This document shows, in pieces, positions 18,354 through 27,961 of a stretch of 27,961 bases of DNA. Under the pieces are notes generated by a model. The model saw only the letters and a list, made by a program, of their open reading frames with translations. It had not been told where the DNA came from and made no database searches. A program made the translations under genes and the position numbers. Source of the DNA: a bacterium (GTDB taxonomy: Bacteria; Sysuimicrobiota; Sysuimicrobiia; Sysuimicrobiales; Kaftiobacteriaceae); assembly GCA_044868695.1 (NCBI GenBank), contig JBIOWP010000095.1, forward strand, positions 1 to 27,961, in the 5' to 3' direction. Every line of letters starts with the position of its first letter. The stretch's first letter is position 1.

Positions 18354-19802
18354 ATGAATCCGGCCAACCTGCAGGCCGATCTGTGGTCGCTCGCCCCGGA
18401 GCTCTGGCTCCTGGGGCTGGGCCTGCTGATCCTGCTGGTCGATCTGGTCGTCCCGCAGGGCCGCAAGGCGGCCGTTGGACTGCTGGCCGTCGTGGGGCTG
18501 CTGCTGGCGCTCATCCCGGCGTCGTCGATGGTGTCCTGGCAGCCGCGGACGGTGCTGTTCGGGACATACGCCGTCGATGGCTTCGCGGTATTCTTCAAGA
18601 TCATCGCGATTGTCGCCACGGCCCTGGTGATTCTGTCGGCGGTGGATTCCCTGGGCCGGCAGACGCGCTTCGAGGGCGAGTTCTACGCGCTGCTGGTGTT
18701 CACCGCCGTGGGCTTGATGTTGATGGCGGCCAGCACCGACCTGATCCTGCTCGCGCTGGCCATCGAGTTGGTGAGTCTCACCTCGTACGTGCTGGCCGGG
18801 TTCCTCAAAGCGGATCCCAAGAGCAACGAGGCCGGGATCAAGTACTTCTTGTTCGGCGCCGCGGCGTCCGCGGTGATGTTCTACGGGTTTTCGCTCGTCT
18901 ATGGGCTGACCGGCACGACGAACCTGTACGCGATCGCGGCGCGGCTGGGCGCCTCGCCGGCTCCGGCGCTGTACCTGGCGCTGGCGCTGATGCTGGCCGG
19001 CTTCGGGTTCAAGATCTCGATGGTGCCGTTCCACCAGTGGACGCCGGACGTCTACGAAGGAGCGCCGACGCCGGTCGCGGCCTTCCTCTCCGTCGGGTCC
19101 AAGGCGGCGGGGTTCGCGGCCCTGGTGCGGGTCCTCCTGGTTGCCGTGGATCCCGCGCGCGCGAACTGGGTGCTGCTGCTCGCGGTGCTGGCCGCCGTGT
19201 CGATGACGCTCGGTAACCTGCTGGCGCTGCCTCAGCGCAACATCAAGCGCATGCTGGCGTATTCAAGCATCTCTCACGCCGGGTTCTTGCTGATCGGCGT
19301 GGCGGCGTTTCGCGGTGCGTTCGGCACGCCGGGCCTGCTGGTGTACTTGCTCGGGTACACGTTTACGCAGCTTGGGGCGTTCTTCGTCGCCACCCTGATC
19401 GGGACGCAGCTGCGGTCTGACGAGATCCCGGACTACGCCGGCCTGGCGCGGCGCGCGCCGGTCTCGGCCTTCTTGATGGCGGTGTTCATGCTCTCGCTCA
19501 CGGGATTGCCGCCCACGTCGGTCTTCTTGGGAAAGTTCTACGTCCTGGCGGCGGCGATCGACAACAACCTCCTGTGGCTGGCCGTCGTCGGGATCGTGAA
19601 CAGCGTCGTGTCCCTGTACTACTATGTCGGCGTCATCCGCGCCATGTACGTGATGCCGGCGGCGTCTGAGGTCCCGCTGACGGAGCCCGCCGGGCTGCAG
19701 GTGGCGTTGGGCATCACCGGTCTGGGGACCTTGATCATCGGCCTGTACCCGCAGCCACTGCTCGAGCTGGTTCGCTCGGCGGCGGTGCTGCTGCGCCTCT
19801 AG
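18354..19802 (+). CDS. nuoN: NADH-quinone oxidoreductase subunit N
   Basis: LAPEL, IELVSLTSYVL, EAGIKYF, FKISMVPFHQWTPDVYEGAPTP, GSKAAG, KRMLAYSSISHAG, FLGKF, SLYYY. Confidence 0.96.
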   Translation: MNPANLQADLWSLAPELWLLGLGLLILLVDLVVPQGRKAAVGLLAVVGLLLALIPASSMVSWQPRTVLFGTYAVDGFAVFFKIIAIVATALVILSAVDSLGRQTRFEGEFYALLVFTAVGLMLMAASTDLILLALAIELVSLTSYVLAGFLKADPKSNEAGIKYFLFGAAASAVMFYGFSLVYGLTGTTNLYAIAARLGASPAPALYLALALMLAGFGFKISMVPFHQWTPDVYEGAPTPVAAFLSVGSKAAGFAALVRVLLVAVDPARANWVLLLAVLAAVSMTLGNLLALPQRNIKRMLAYSSISHAGFLLIGVAAFRGAFGTPGLLVYLLGYTFTQLGAFFVATLIGTQLRSDEIPDYAGLARRAPVSAFLMAVFMLSLTGLPPTSVFLGKFYVLAAAIDNNLLWLAVVGIVNSVVSLYYYVGVIRAMYVMPAASEVPLTEPAGLQVALGITGLGTLIIGLYPQPLLELVRSAAVLLRL

Positions 19803-19811
19803 CCGGTTGCC

Positions 19812-19841
19812 TTGACTGCCTTCTCTGCGGTCTGTTATGAT
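19812..19841 (+). promoter_or_regulatory. Near-consensus sigma70-type promoter for the V/A-ATPase operon
   Basis: TTGACT (19812-19817), 18-bp spacer, extended -10 TGtTATGAT (19833-19841). Confidence 0.75.
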
Positions 19842-19855
19842 GTGCGCGTGTCTGC

Positions 19856-19899
19856 GGAACCCAGGAACATGCGGGAAACGCCCGCGGTTCCTGGGTTTT
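19856..19899 (+). terminator. Strong stem-loop (terminator/attenuator or 5' stabiliser) in the nuoN-ATPase intergenic region
   Basis: AACCCAGGAAC (19858-19868) pairs with GTTCCTGGGTT (19887-19897); inner GCGGG/CCCGC stem; ends in TTTTCTC. The U-tract is short, so function is uncertain. Confidence 0.5.
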
Positions 19900-19942
19900 C
19901 TCAGGTAGCGCCCCCTCCCAACCAGTCCATCAGGTGACGGCG

Positions 19943-20287
19943 ATGACGGGCAAGCACGGCCCCGCGGATGAGAACCTCCTGCAGGTCATTGCGGCGAAAG
20001 AGAAAGAACTCGAGTCCCGCGTCGCCCAGGCCAAGGCGGAGGCGCGCCGCATCCTGGACGAGGCCCAGGTCCGCGCGGAGGCAGCGCGTGATCAGGCCCG
20101 CCGCAGTGTCGCCGAACTGGAGCAGCGGGTGCGGGCGGAGATCGCGCGCGAGACCGAGCACGCCGCCGCCCAGCGCCTGGCCGCCGCTCAGGAAGAGGCT
20201 CAGCGGGTCCGCGCGCGCGCGTCCGAACGGACGCGCGACGCGGTCGACCTGGTCGTCAAACGCGTGCTCGACGGGCTGGCCGGATGA
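19943..20287 (+). CDS. V/A-type ATP synthase peripheral stalk subunit G (H)
   Basis: Ala/Glu/Arg-rich coiled coil ending AVDLVVKRVL; first gene of the operon, with ATGA overlap into subunit I. AGGTGA SD favours ATG 19943 (alternative GTG 19934). Confidence 0.82.
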   Translation: MTGKHGPADENLLQVIAAKEKELESRVAQAKAEARRILDEAQVRAEAARDQARRSVAELEQRVRAEIARETEHAAAQRLAAAQEEAQRVRARASERTRDAVDLVVKRVLDGLAG

Positions 20288-22302
20288 TCGTCGAGATGAG
20301 CCGGGTCCTGGTGTTTGGGCCCAAGCGTCTGTTGGGTCAGGTCATCGAGGAGATTCAGCGGCTCGGCGCCCTCCACATCGACCGGATCGAATCAGAAGAG
20401 GCGCCTGAAGTCAGCGCTCTGCAGCTGGCAGAGGATGACGCCAGGACGCTGCAGACGCTGGAGCGGGCGCTGGTGCGGGTCGAGGGCGTCCTCGCGCTGC
20501 TGCCTCCTGCGCCGGCGGATGGCGCCGCCCCCATTCAGGATGCCACGGTGGACGCGGTCGACGCGGAAGTTGCCGGGATTGAGAAGGGGGTCCGCGACCT
20601 CACGCGAACGCGTCTTGAGCTGGACGAGGAGCGGACCCTGATCGCGTCCTACGAAGGGGCGGTGCGTGTCCTGTCCCCGCTGCTCTCCGCCCTTGCCAAC
20701 AGCAAGGCATTCGAATCCATCGGGTTTGTCCTCAACACGAAAGACCTCACCGTTGTGGCCGCGCTGCGGAACGAGCTCGCCAAGATCACGGAAGGGCGGG
20801 TCGAGGTCATCAGCCGCGTGGTCGACGAGAACCGCGTCGGCGTCGTCGTCGCGTTCCGGCGCGAGGATGCCGAGCGAGTCCGCGGGATCCTCTCGCGCGC
20901 CGGCGGGACGGAACTGCGGCTGCCCGCGCGCTTCACGCGTGAGCAGCCCATGGAGACGATCGCGGCGATGGAGCGGCGGAAGGCCGAGATCCCCGCCGAG
21001 GTGGCACGGATTGACCAGGAGCTTGCCGCCCTCGCGAAGTCGTCGCGGCCCCGGCTGCTGGCCATCCGGAGCTGGCTGGCCGACCGGCTGGCGCAGATGA
21101 AGGTCGTGCCGGATCTCTCCCAATCTCGGTACACCTTTATCGTGCACGGATGGGCGCCGGCGCGGGTGGTGAGCCAAGTCCGCGGAGTCTTGCGCGCCCG
21201 GTTCGGGTCCGAGATCGTCGTGCACGACGAGCCGGTCGATCCGCATGGAGAGCCCGAGCGGGTGCCGGTCCTGCTGGACAACCATCCGTTGATCCGTCCA
21301 TTCCAGCGGCTGCTGGCGCTGTTCCAGCCGCCGCGCTACGGCGCGTGGGATCCCAGCCCGGTGATGGCGATCACGTTTCCCATCTTCGTGGGCCTCGTCA
21401 TCGGCGACGTGGGCTATGGACTTCTTCTGTTTCTTCTGGGTTGGTGGTTCAGGGACCGAGCGCGGAGCGGACAGCCTTTAAACATTAACTTTCTCAGTAT
21501 GCGATTTCCGGTCCCCTTGCTGGCGGATCTTGCGTACCTTCTACGTGTTCTGGCCTTCTGGATCATGCTGTTTGGGGTCGTTTATGCAGAGTTCTTCGGC
21601 AATTTGCCGGAGCTATTGTTCCACGTTGAGCCTTTCTATGATCGGGTTCACGAGTCCGAGAATTACTTCATCCTCATCATCGCGGCAGGAATTGTGATGA
21701 TTTTCTTTGGCCTGCTCGTTCACCTCATCCAGGCAATCCGGCATAGACACGCGATTGCGGTGTTCGAGTCGATTGTCATCGTGCTGGGAACGGCAGGCCT
21801 CCTGCTATTTCTGGGTGCGCAGGGAGGGCGACTGCCGGCCGAGCTCGGTCCGGTCGGTCTGTACCTATTCCTCGCGGCCGTCGCCGTGGCAATGATTTCG
21901 CTTGTTGTGGACCGCGATGTTATGAAGCGCTTCCTATGGCTGTTGGAGAGTACGTCGGCATTTGGTCATATCGTGTCTCACGCTCGATTGATGGCGTTCG
22001 GTCTCGCTGCAGCCGCGCTTGCAACAGCCGCCAACCAACTGGGGCCTGACATGACGAGGGAATTTGGCAGGCAGTTGCCCGGCATTTTTGCGTTCCCCTT
22101 CACGGGATTCTTGGGACGCATCGTCGCGGTGCTTATCACAATTATCGCCCAGTCGATGTTCCTCGTTTTCACAATTCTGGGGCACCTGATCCAGCCTGCT
22201 CGTCTGCATTGGGTGGAGCTCTTTACGAAGCTTAAGTATTTCGATGAAACCGGCCGGTCGTACCGCCCGTTTCAAAAGTCTGCGCCCTCGGGTCGCGGGT
22301 GA
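20284..22302 (+). CDS. atpI: V/A-type ATP synthase subunit I (a)
   Basis: MIVEMSRV...LGALHI, GWAP, VPVLLDN, PRYGAWDPSP, IGDVGYG, SHARL (essential Arg), RLHWVELFTK, YRPF. Confidence 0.94.
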   Translation: MIVEMSRVLVFGPKRLLGQVIEEIQRLGALHIDRIESEEAPEVSALQLAEDDARTLQTLERALVRVEGVLALLPPAPADGAAPIQDATVDAVDAEVAGIEKGVRDLTRTRLELDEERTLIASYEGAVRVLSPLLSALANSKAFESIGFVLNTKDLTVVAALRNELAKITEGRVEVISRVVDENRVGVVVAFRREDAERVRGILSRAGGTELRLPARFTREQPMETIAAMERRKAEIPAEVARIDQELAALAKSSRPRLLAIRSWLADRLAQMKVVPDLSQSRYTFIVHGWAPARVVSQVRGVLRARFGSEIVVHDEPVDPHGEPERVPVLLDNHPLIRPFQRLLALFQPPRYGAWDPSPVMAITFPIFVGLVIGDVGYGLLLFLLGWWFRDRARSGQPLNINFLSMRFPVPLLADLAYLLRVLAFWIMLFGVVYAEFFGNLPELLFHVEPFYDRVHESENYFILIIAAGIVMIFFGLLVHLIQAIRHRHAIAVFESIVIVLGTAGLLLFLGAQGGRLPAELGPVGLYLFLAAVAVAMISLVVDRDVMKRFLWLLESTSAFGHIVSHARLMAFGLAAAALATAANQLGPDMTREFGRQLPGIFAFPFTGFLGRIVAVLITIIAQSMFLVFTILGHLIQPARLHWVELFTKLKYFDETGRSYRPFQKSAPSGRG

Positions 22303-22310
22303 TCGTGGAC

Positions 22311-22356
22311 GCTTGACGAGGGCTTGACGCGGGCTTCACGCTCGCAAGAGTAAGAT
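22311..22356 (+). promoter_or_regulatory. Three 11-bp-period direct repeats (GCTTGACG, GCTTGACG, GCTTCACG) followed by a -10-like TAAGAT; possible internal regulated promoter
   Basis: Repeats start at 22311, 22322 and 22333; TAAGAT is at 22351-22356, 10 bp after the last repeat, in the atpI-atpK gap. Confidence 0.45.
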
Positions 22357-22392
22357 GGGCTGGGAGCAGCCACTACGCGGGAGGTGAGTGGG

Positions 22393-22713
22393 GTGAAGAG
22401 AGCTGGAGGTGCAGTGATCGTGGCGTTGGCGGTGACGCTGCTGGTCGCCGCGGCGGCGAATGCCGCTCCTGAGGAGTCGGCGGCGACGCCGGCGGGGGCG
22501 AGCGCCGGACTGCTGGGGCTGGCCGCGGCGATCGCCGTGGGGCTGGGGGCCATCGGAACGGCGTGGGCGCAGTCCCGGATCGGTGCGGCGGCTGCCGGCG
22601 CGATCGCGGAGCGGCCGGAGATGGGCGGCTTGATGCTGGTCTTCCTGGCGCTGCCGGAAACGATGGTGATCCTCGGCTTCCTGGTGGCATTCTTCGTCAT
22701 CGGCAAGATCTAG
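22393..22713 (+). CDS. atpK: V/A-type ATP synthase proteolipid subunit K (c/L), single hairpin with N-terminal signal peptide
   Basis: GLGAIGTAWAQSRIGAAAAGAIAERPE...LALPETMVILG with the ion-carrying Glu. GGAGGTGA SD favours GTG 22393 (alternative 22384). Confidence 0.93.
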   Translation: MKRAGGAVIVALAVTLLVAAAANAAPEESAATPAGASAGLLGLAAAIAVGLGAIGTAWAQSRIGAAAAGAIAERPEMGGLMLVFLALPETMVILGFLVAFFVIGKI

Positions 22714-22715
22714 CA

Positions 22716-23297
22716 GTGGCATCTGAACTCGTCGCCATCCTTGAGAAAGAAGCCGCCGCGGAGGTCGAGCGGGCTCTCGCGGAGGCGCGCGCGCAGGCGG
22801 AGCAGCTCGTCGCGCAGGCCACGGAGGAAGCGCAGACCTACCTCGCCGCGCAGCGGCAGCGGCTGGAGGCAGAACGGAAGGCCGCGCAGGTCAAGGCGGA
22901 GAGTGCGGCTCAGGTCAAAGCGTCGGCGTTGATCCTCCAGGCGAAGGACCAGGCCATCGGGGACGTGTTCGCCGCCGCAGAGGCGGAGTTGTCCAGCGTA
23001 CAGCAGGATCGGACCCGCTACGGCGCCGTGCTGCGTGGGTTAATCCGGGAGGCCGCCGAAGGACTGGCCGGCCGGATCACCGTGGATATCAACCCGAAGG
23101 ATCTGGATCTCGCCAGGCAGGCGGGCAAGGAGTTGAAGCTGGACGCCGAGGTCAAGGCGGCCGACGACGTGAGTGGCGGCGCGCGCGTGATCTCTGACGA
23201 CGGCCGGTTCATTGTCGAGAACACCCTGGCCTCGCGCGTCGAGCGGGTGAAACCGCTGCTGGGCCCCGAGATCGCCGCCCTCCTCTGGGGACAATGA
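22716..23297 (+). CDS. atpE: V/A-type ATP synthase subunit E
   Basis: N-terminal coiled coil (LVAILEKEAAAEVERALAEA), then INPKD...GGARVISDDGRFIVENTLASRVE. GTG start at 22716. Confidence 0.9.
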   Translation: MASELVAILEKEAAAEVERALAEARAQAEQLVAQATEEAQTYLAAQRQRLEAERKAAQVKAESAAQVKASALILQAKDQAIGDVFAAAEAELSSVQQDRTRYGAVLRGLIREAAEGLAGRITVDINPKDLDLARQAGKELKLDAEVKAADDVSGGARVISDDGRFIVENTLASRVERVKPLLGPEIAALLWGQ

Positions 23298-23318
23298 CGT
23301 GAGACCCCGCCGGCCTCC

Positions 23319-23346
23319 GAATCATGAATCACGATTCACGATTCAC
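23319..23346. repeat. Heptamer micro-repeat with inverted halves: GAATCAT GAATCAC GATTCAC GATTCAC
   Basis: Read directly in the atpE-atpC gap; ends 4 nt before the atpC ATG. Confidence 0.8.
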
Positions 23347-23350
23347 GCGC

Positions 23351-24382
23351 ATGCCTGATTTTCCGTATATCAACGCGCGGGTTCGAGCGATGCGCAGCCG
23401 CCTACTGGACGCCGGCCGGATGGAAGAGTTCCTGGGGCTGCCGACGCTGGACGCGTTGATCCAGACGCTGGGTTCCACGCCCTACGGTCAGCAGCTGCAG
23501 GAGGCGCTCACCCGCACCGTGGACGGGCTGCACGCGATCGACGACGCGCTGGCCCGCAACTTCTATCTCACTACCACCAGGATCCAAAGTTTCGCTGACG
23601 GCAAACCACGGGAACTCATCGAGCTCGTCCTCATGCAGTGGGACCTCGCCAACATCCGGGTGATCCTGCGTGCGAAGCATGCCGGCCGGCGCGACGACGA
23701 AATCCTCTCCAATCTGGTCCCGGCCGGCCGGTTGAATGAGCCTGCGTTGAAGGAGATCGCCGCGCAGCCGGACATCCCGGGGGTGGTGGGGGCGCTGGGA
23801 GGGCTGGATCACCCACTCGCGGCGCCGCTCGCAGAAGGGCTGGGCGCGTACCGCGAGACAGGCGACCTTCTCGATCTCGAGCTGCGGCAGGATCGCTTCT
23901 ATGCCGCGTACGGGCTGCGCGTGGCCCCAGGGCGGGGGCACGATGAACAGATTGTCCGCGGCCTGTTACAGTATCAGCTAGACGCGACCAACGTCCGGAC
24001 GGCCGTCAAGCTGCAACAGGTCAGTGCACTCTCCCGGGACGAGAAGTTGAAGTTCTTCATCCCCGGCGGCCGGCTGACGCCGAACGCGTTCCTGGAAGTC
24101 GCGGATCCCGCCAGCGCGGAGCGCGGGATGCACGCGGTGCGGGTGCTCGGCTTCCCAGTCAAGGCGTCCCTGAAGGATCCGGCGTCGTTCGAGCGGGAAG
24201 TCGAGGTGGCCATGCTCCGCGCGCAGATCGGCCTCTACCTGCAGGATCCGCTGGGCATCGGCATCGTGATCGCCTTCCTGGCGATGAAGAACGCCGAAGT
24301 CGCGAATCTCCGCCTGATCGCGCGGGGCAAGGCGCTCGGCATCCCCCGCGATCGGGTGAGAAAAGAAATGGCGCTGGTGTAG
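23351..24382 (+). CDS. atpC: V/A-type ATP synthase subunit C (d)
   Basis: MPDFPYINARVRAMRSRLL, TPYG, WDLANIRVILR, IPGG, EVANLRLIARGK. ATG 23351 is preferred because the 23324 start lies inside the micro-repeat. Confidence 0.92.
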   Translation: MPDFPYINARVRAMRSRLLDAGRMEEFLGLPTLDALIQTLGSTPYGQQLQEALTRTVDGLHAIDDALARNFYLTTTRIQSFADGKPRELIELVLMQWDLANIRVILRAKHAGRRDDEILSNLVPAGRLNEPALKEIAAQPDIPGVVGALGGLDHPLAAPLAEGLGAYRETGDLLDLELRQDRFYAAYGLRVAPGRGHDEQIVRGLLQYQLDATNVRTAVKLQQVSALSRDEKLKFFIPGGRLTPNAFLEVADPASAERGMHAVRVLGFPVKASLKDPASFEREVEVAMLRAQIGLYLQDPLGIGIVIAFLAMKNAEVANLRLIARGKALGIPRDRVRKEMALV

Positions 24383-24384
24383 CG

Positions 24385-24705
24385 GTGGCCCATAAGATGG
24401 CGGTCATCACTGATCTCGAGACTGCCACCGGGTTCCGCCTTGCCGGGGTTGAGGTCAGAGCGGCGGCGGACGCAAAGGCGGCCGTGGAGCATTTGCGCGC
24501 GCTGGTCGCGGCGGACTACGGGCTGGTCGCGATGAACGAGGATCTTCTCACGGGCGCCGAACACGAGGTGTCTCGTTTGATGCGCGACCGCGACCTGCCG
24601 ATTATCGTGCCTTTCCCTGCGGCGAAGGCGCAGATTGAAAGCGGCGAAGATTACGTGGCGCGACTTGTGAAAGAACACATTGGGTTCTATGTGAAATTGC
24701 GCTAG
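24385..24705 (+). CDS. atpF: V/A-type ATP synthase subunit F
   Basis: [19 protein letters not shown]...PIIVPFP...LVKEHIGF. Confidence 0.93.
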   Translation: MAHKMAVITDLETATGFRLAGVEVRAAADAKAAVEHLRALVAADYGLVAMNEDLLTGAEHEVSRLMRDRDLPIIVPFPAAKAQIESGEDYVARLVKEHIGFYVKLR

Positions 24706-24709
24706 GATG

Positions 24710-24750
24710 TGGAACGACGGGAACGAGGGAACACGGGAACGAGGGAACGA
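24710..24750. repeat. Octamer tandem repeat, about 5x GGGAACGA
   Basis: TGGAACGAC GGGAACGA GGGAACAC GGGAACGA GGGAACGA, directly followed by the GGAGGGG SD of atpA. Confidence 0.85.
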
Positions 24751-24761
24751 GGAGGGGCGAA

Positions 24762-26525
<1,764 letters not shown>

Positions 26526-26534
26526 GGGGCTGAC

Positions 26535-27947
26535 ATGGAGCTCACGACCAAGCGTTATCAGTCCATCTCGTACATCTCGGGCCCGCTGCTGTTCGTGGAG
26601 GGCGCGCGGGACCTGGCCTACGGGGCCATCGTCAACATCCACCTGCCCGACGATACAGTGCGCGGCGGTCAGGTCATCGAGGTGTCCGAGAAGAACGCGG
26701 TGATCCAGGTGTTCGAAGAGACCACCGGATTGGACCTGGCCAAGACCTCGATCAGTCTTCGCGAAGACGTGGCGCGGCTGGGCGTGTCCCGGGAGATGAT
26801 CGGCCGGCGGTTCAACGGCCTGGGCGATCCGATCGACGGGCTGCCGCCCCTGATCCCGGAGAAGCGCATCCCGATCATCGGCGCGCCAATCAACCCGGTC
26901 GCCCGCCAGCGGCCGCAGGAGTTCATCCAGACCGGCATCTCGGCCATCGACGGCCTCAACACGCTGGTGCGCGGCCAGAAGCTGCCGATCTTCAGCGGCG
27001 CCGGCCTGCCCCACAACGAGATCGCCGCCCAGATCGCCCGCCAGGCCAAGGTGCTAGGCAGCGCGGAACAGTTTTCGGTCGTGTTCGCGGCGATGGGGAT
27101 CACGCAGCGGGAGGCAGCGTTCTTCATCGACCAGTTCGAATCCACCGGCGCGCTGGCGCGGTCGGTGGTCTTTCTAAACCTGGCCGATGACCCCGCCATC
27201 GAACGGTTGATTACCCCGCGTGTCGCGCTCACCGCCGCCGAGTACCTGGCGTTTGAGATGGAGATGCAGGTGCTCGTCATTCTCACAGATATGACAAACT
27301 ACTGTGAAGCGCTGCGTGAGATCGGCGCCGCCCGCGAAGAGATTCCCGGCCGCCGCGGGTATCCCGGCTACATGTACACCGACCTGGCTACCATTTACGA
27401 GCGCGCCGGCCGCATCCATGGGCGCAAAGGCTCGATCACGCAGTTGCCGATCTTGACCATGCCCGACGACGACATTACCCACCCGATCGCCGACCTGACC
27501 GGTTACATCACCGAGGGGCAAATCCTCTTGAGCCGCGAGCTGCACCGGCTGGGGATCTACCCGCCGATTACCCCGCTGCGCAGTCTGTCCCGGCTGATGA
27601 ACGACGGCATCGGGAAGGGCCGGACCCGGGAGGACCACGGCGCACTGCGCGACCAGCTCTATTCCGCGTACGCAAACGGCGTCGACCTGCGCAAACTGGT
27701 GGCGATCATCGGCGAAGAGGCGCTGACCGACCGCGACCGGTTGTACCTACGCTTCGGCGACGACTTCAAGCGGCGGTTCCTCAGCCAGGGTCAGACGGAG
27801 CGCTCGATCGAGGACACCCTGACGTCGGCCTGGAAGCTCCTGTCCATGTTCCCGAAGGGAGAACTCAAGCGCGTCAAGCAGGACCACATCGACAAGTACT
27901 ACGGAGATCTTATGGAGGAGACGTGGCGGGATAAGACGCGCGTCTAA
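26535..27947 (+). CDS. atpB: V/A-type ATP synthase subunit B
   Basis: [68 protein letters not shown]. Confidence 0.97.
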   Translation: MELTTKRYQSISYISGPLLFVEGARDLAYGAIVNIHLPDDTVRGGQVIEVSEKNAVIQVFEETTGLDLAKTSISLREDVARLGVSREMIGRRFNGLGDPIDGLPPLIPEKRIPIIGAPINPVARQRPQEFIQTGISAIDGLNTLVRGQKLPIFSGAGLPHNEIAAQIARQAKVLGSAEQFSVVFAAMGITQREAAFFIDQFESTGALARSVVFLNLADDPAIERLITPRVALTAAEYLAFEMEMQVLVILTDMTNYCEALREIGAAREEIPGRRGYPGYMYTDLATIYERAGRIHGRKGSITQLPILTMPDDDITHPIADLTGYITEGQILLSRELHRLGIYPPITPLRSLSRLMNDGIGKGRTREDHGALRDQLYSAYANGVDLRKLVAIIGEEALTDRDRLYLRFGDDFKRRFLSQGQTERSIEDTLTSAWKLLSMFPKGELKRVKQDHIDKYYGDLMEETWRDKTRV

Positions 27948-27961
27948 CGGTGTAACGTATG

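Noticed and set aside
16829..18619. 596-aa - strand ORF opposite nuoM/nuoN
   Set aside because: Antisense shadow ORF typical of GC-rich coding regions.
14911..19802. nuoL/M/N as an Mrp antiporter or hydrogenase membrane module
   Set aside because: Presence of nuoA, H, J, K in nuo order with Nuo-specific motifs; no MrpE/F/G or hydrogenase subunits.
12387..24750. Short repeat arrays as CRISPR or IS ends
   Set aside because: Units are 7-11 bp with no unique spacers, and there is no cas gene, transposase or target-site duplication.
27959..27961. ATG at the window end, possibly the start of V/A-ATPase subunit D
   Set aside because: Expected from operon order, but only three bases are visible, so it cannot be supported as a feature.

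Overview
High-GC bacterial window that is almost entirely energy metabolism. Left, on the - strand: a FadR-subfamily GntR regulator, fumC, and an E. coli Frd-like flavoprotein/Fe-S pair (frdA, and frdB cut off by the window edge). A 135-bp divergent promoter region carries a 25-bp palindrome with a TGGTCAGACCA core. The + strand then runs icd-mdh-GNAT-sucC-sucD, a pspC-domain/yvlD-like/rapZ/yvcK block with no whiA, a complex I operon with only the membrane subunits (nuoA,H,J,K,L,M,N), and a Thermus-order V/A-type ATP synthase operon (G,I,K,E,C,F,A,B; D probably lies just beyond the window). The most unusual signal is in complex I. NuoL has a 26-aa tandem duplication in its transverse amphipathic helix, the hallmark of '2M' complexes with an extra antiporter-like subunit. 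Yet only one nuoM is present, nuoB/C/D/I/E/F/G are absent from the operon, and NuoH has an extra hydrophobic hairpin. Several gene junctions carry 7-11-bp tandem or inverted micro-repeats, and the 3' half of atpI has atypical base composition. No rRNA, tRNA, CRISPR array or mobile element was seen. All calls come from motif recognition by eye; no database searches were run.
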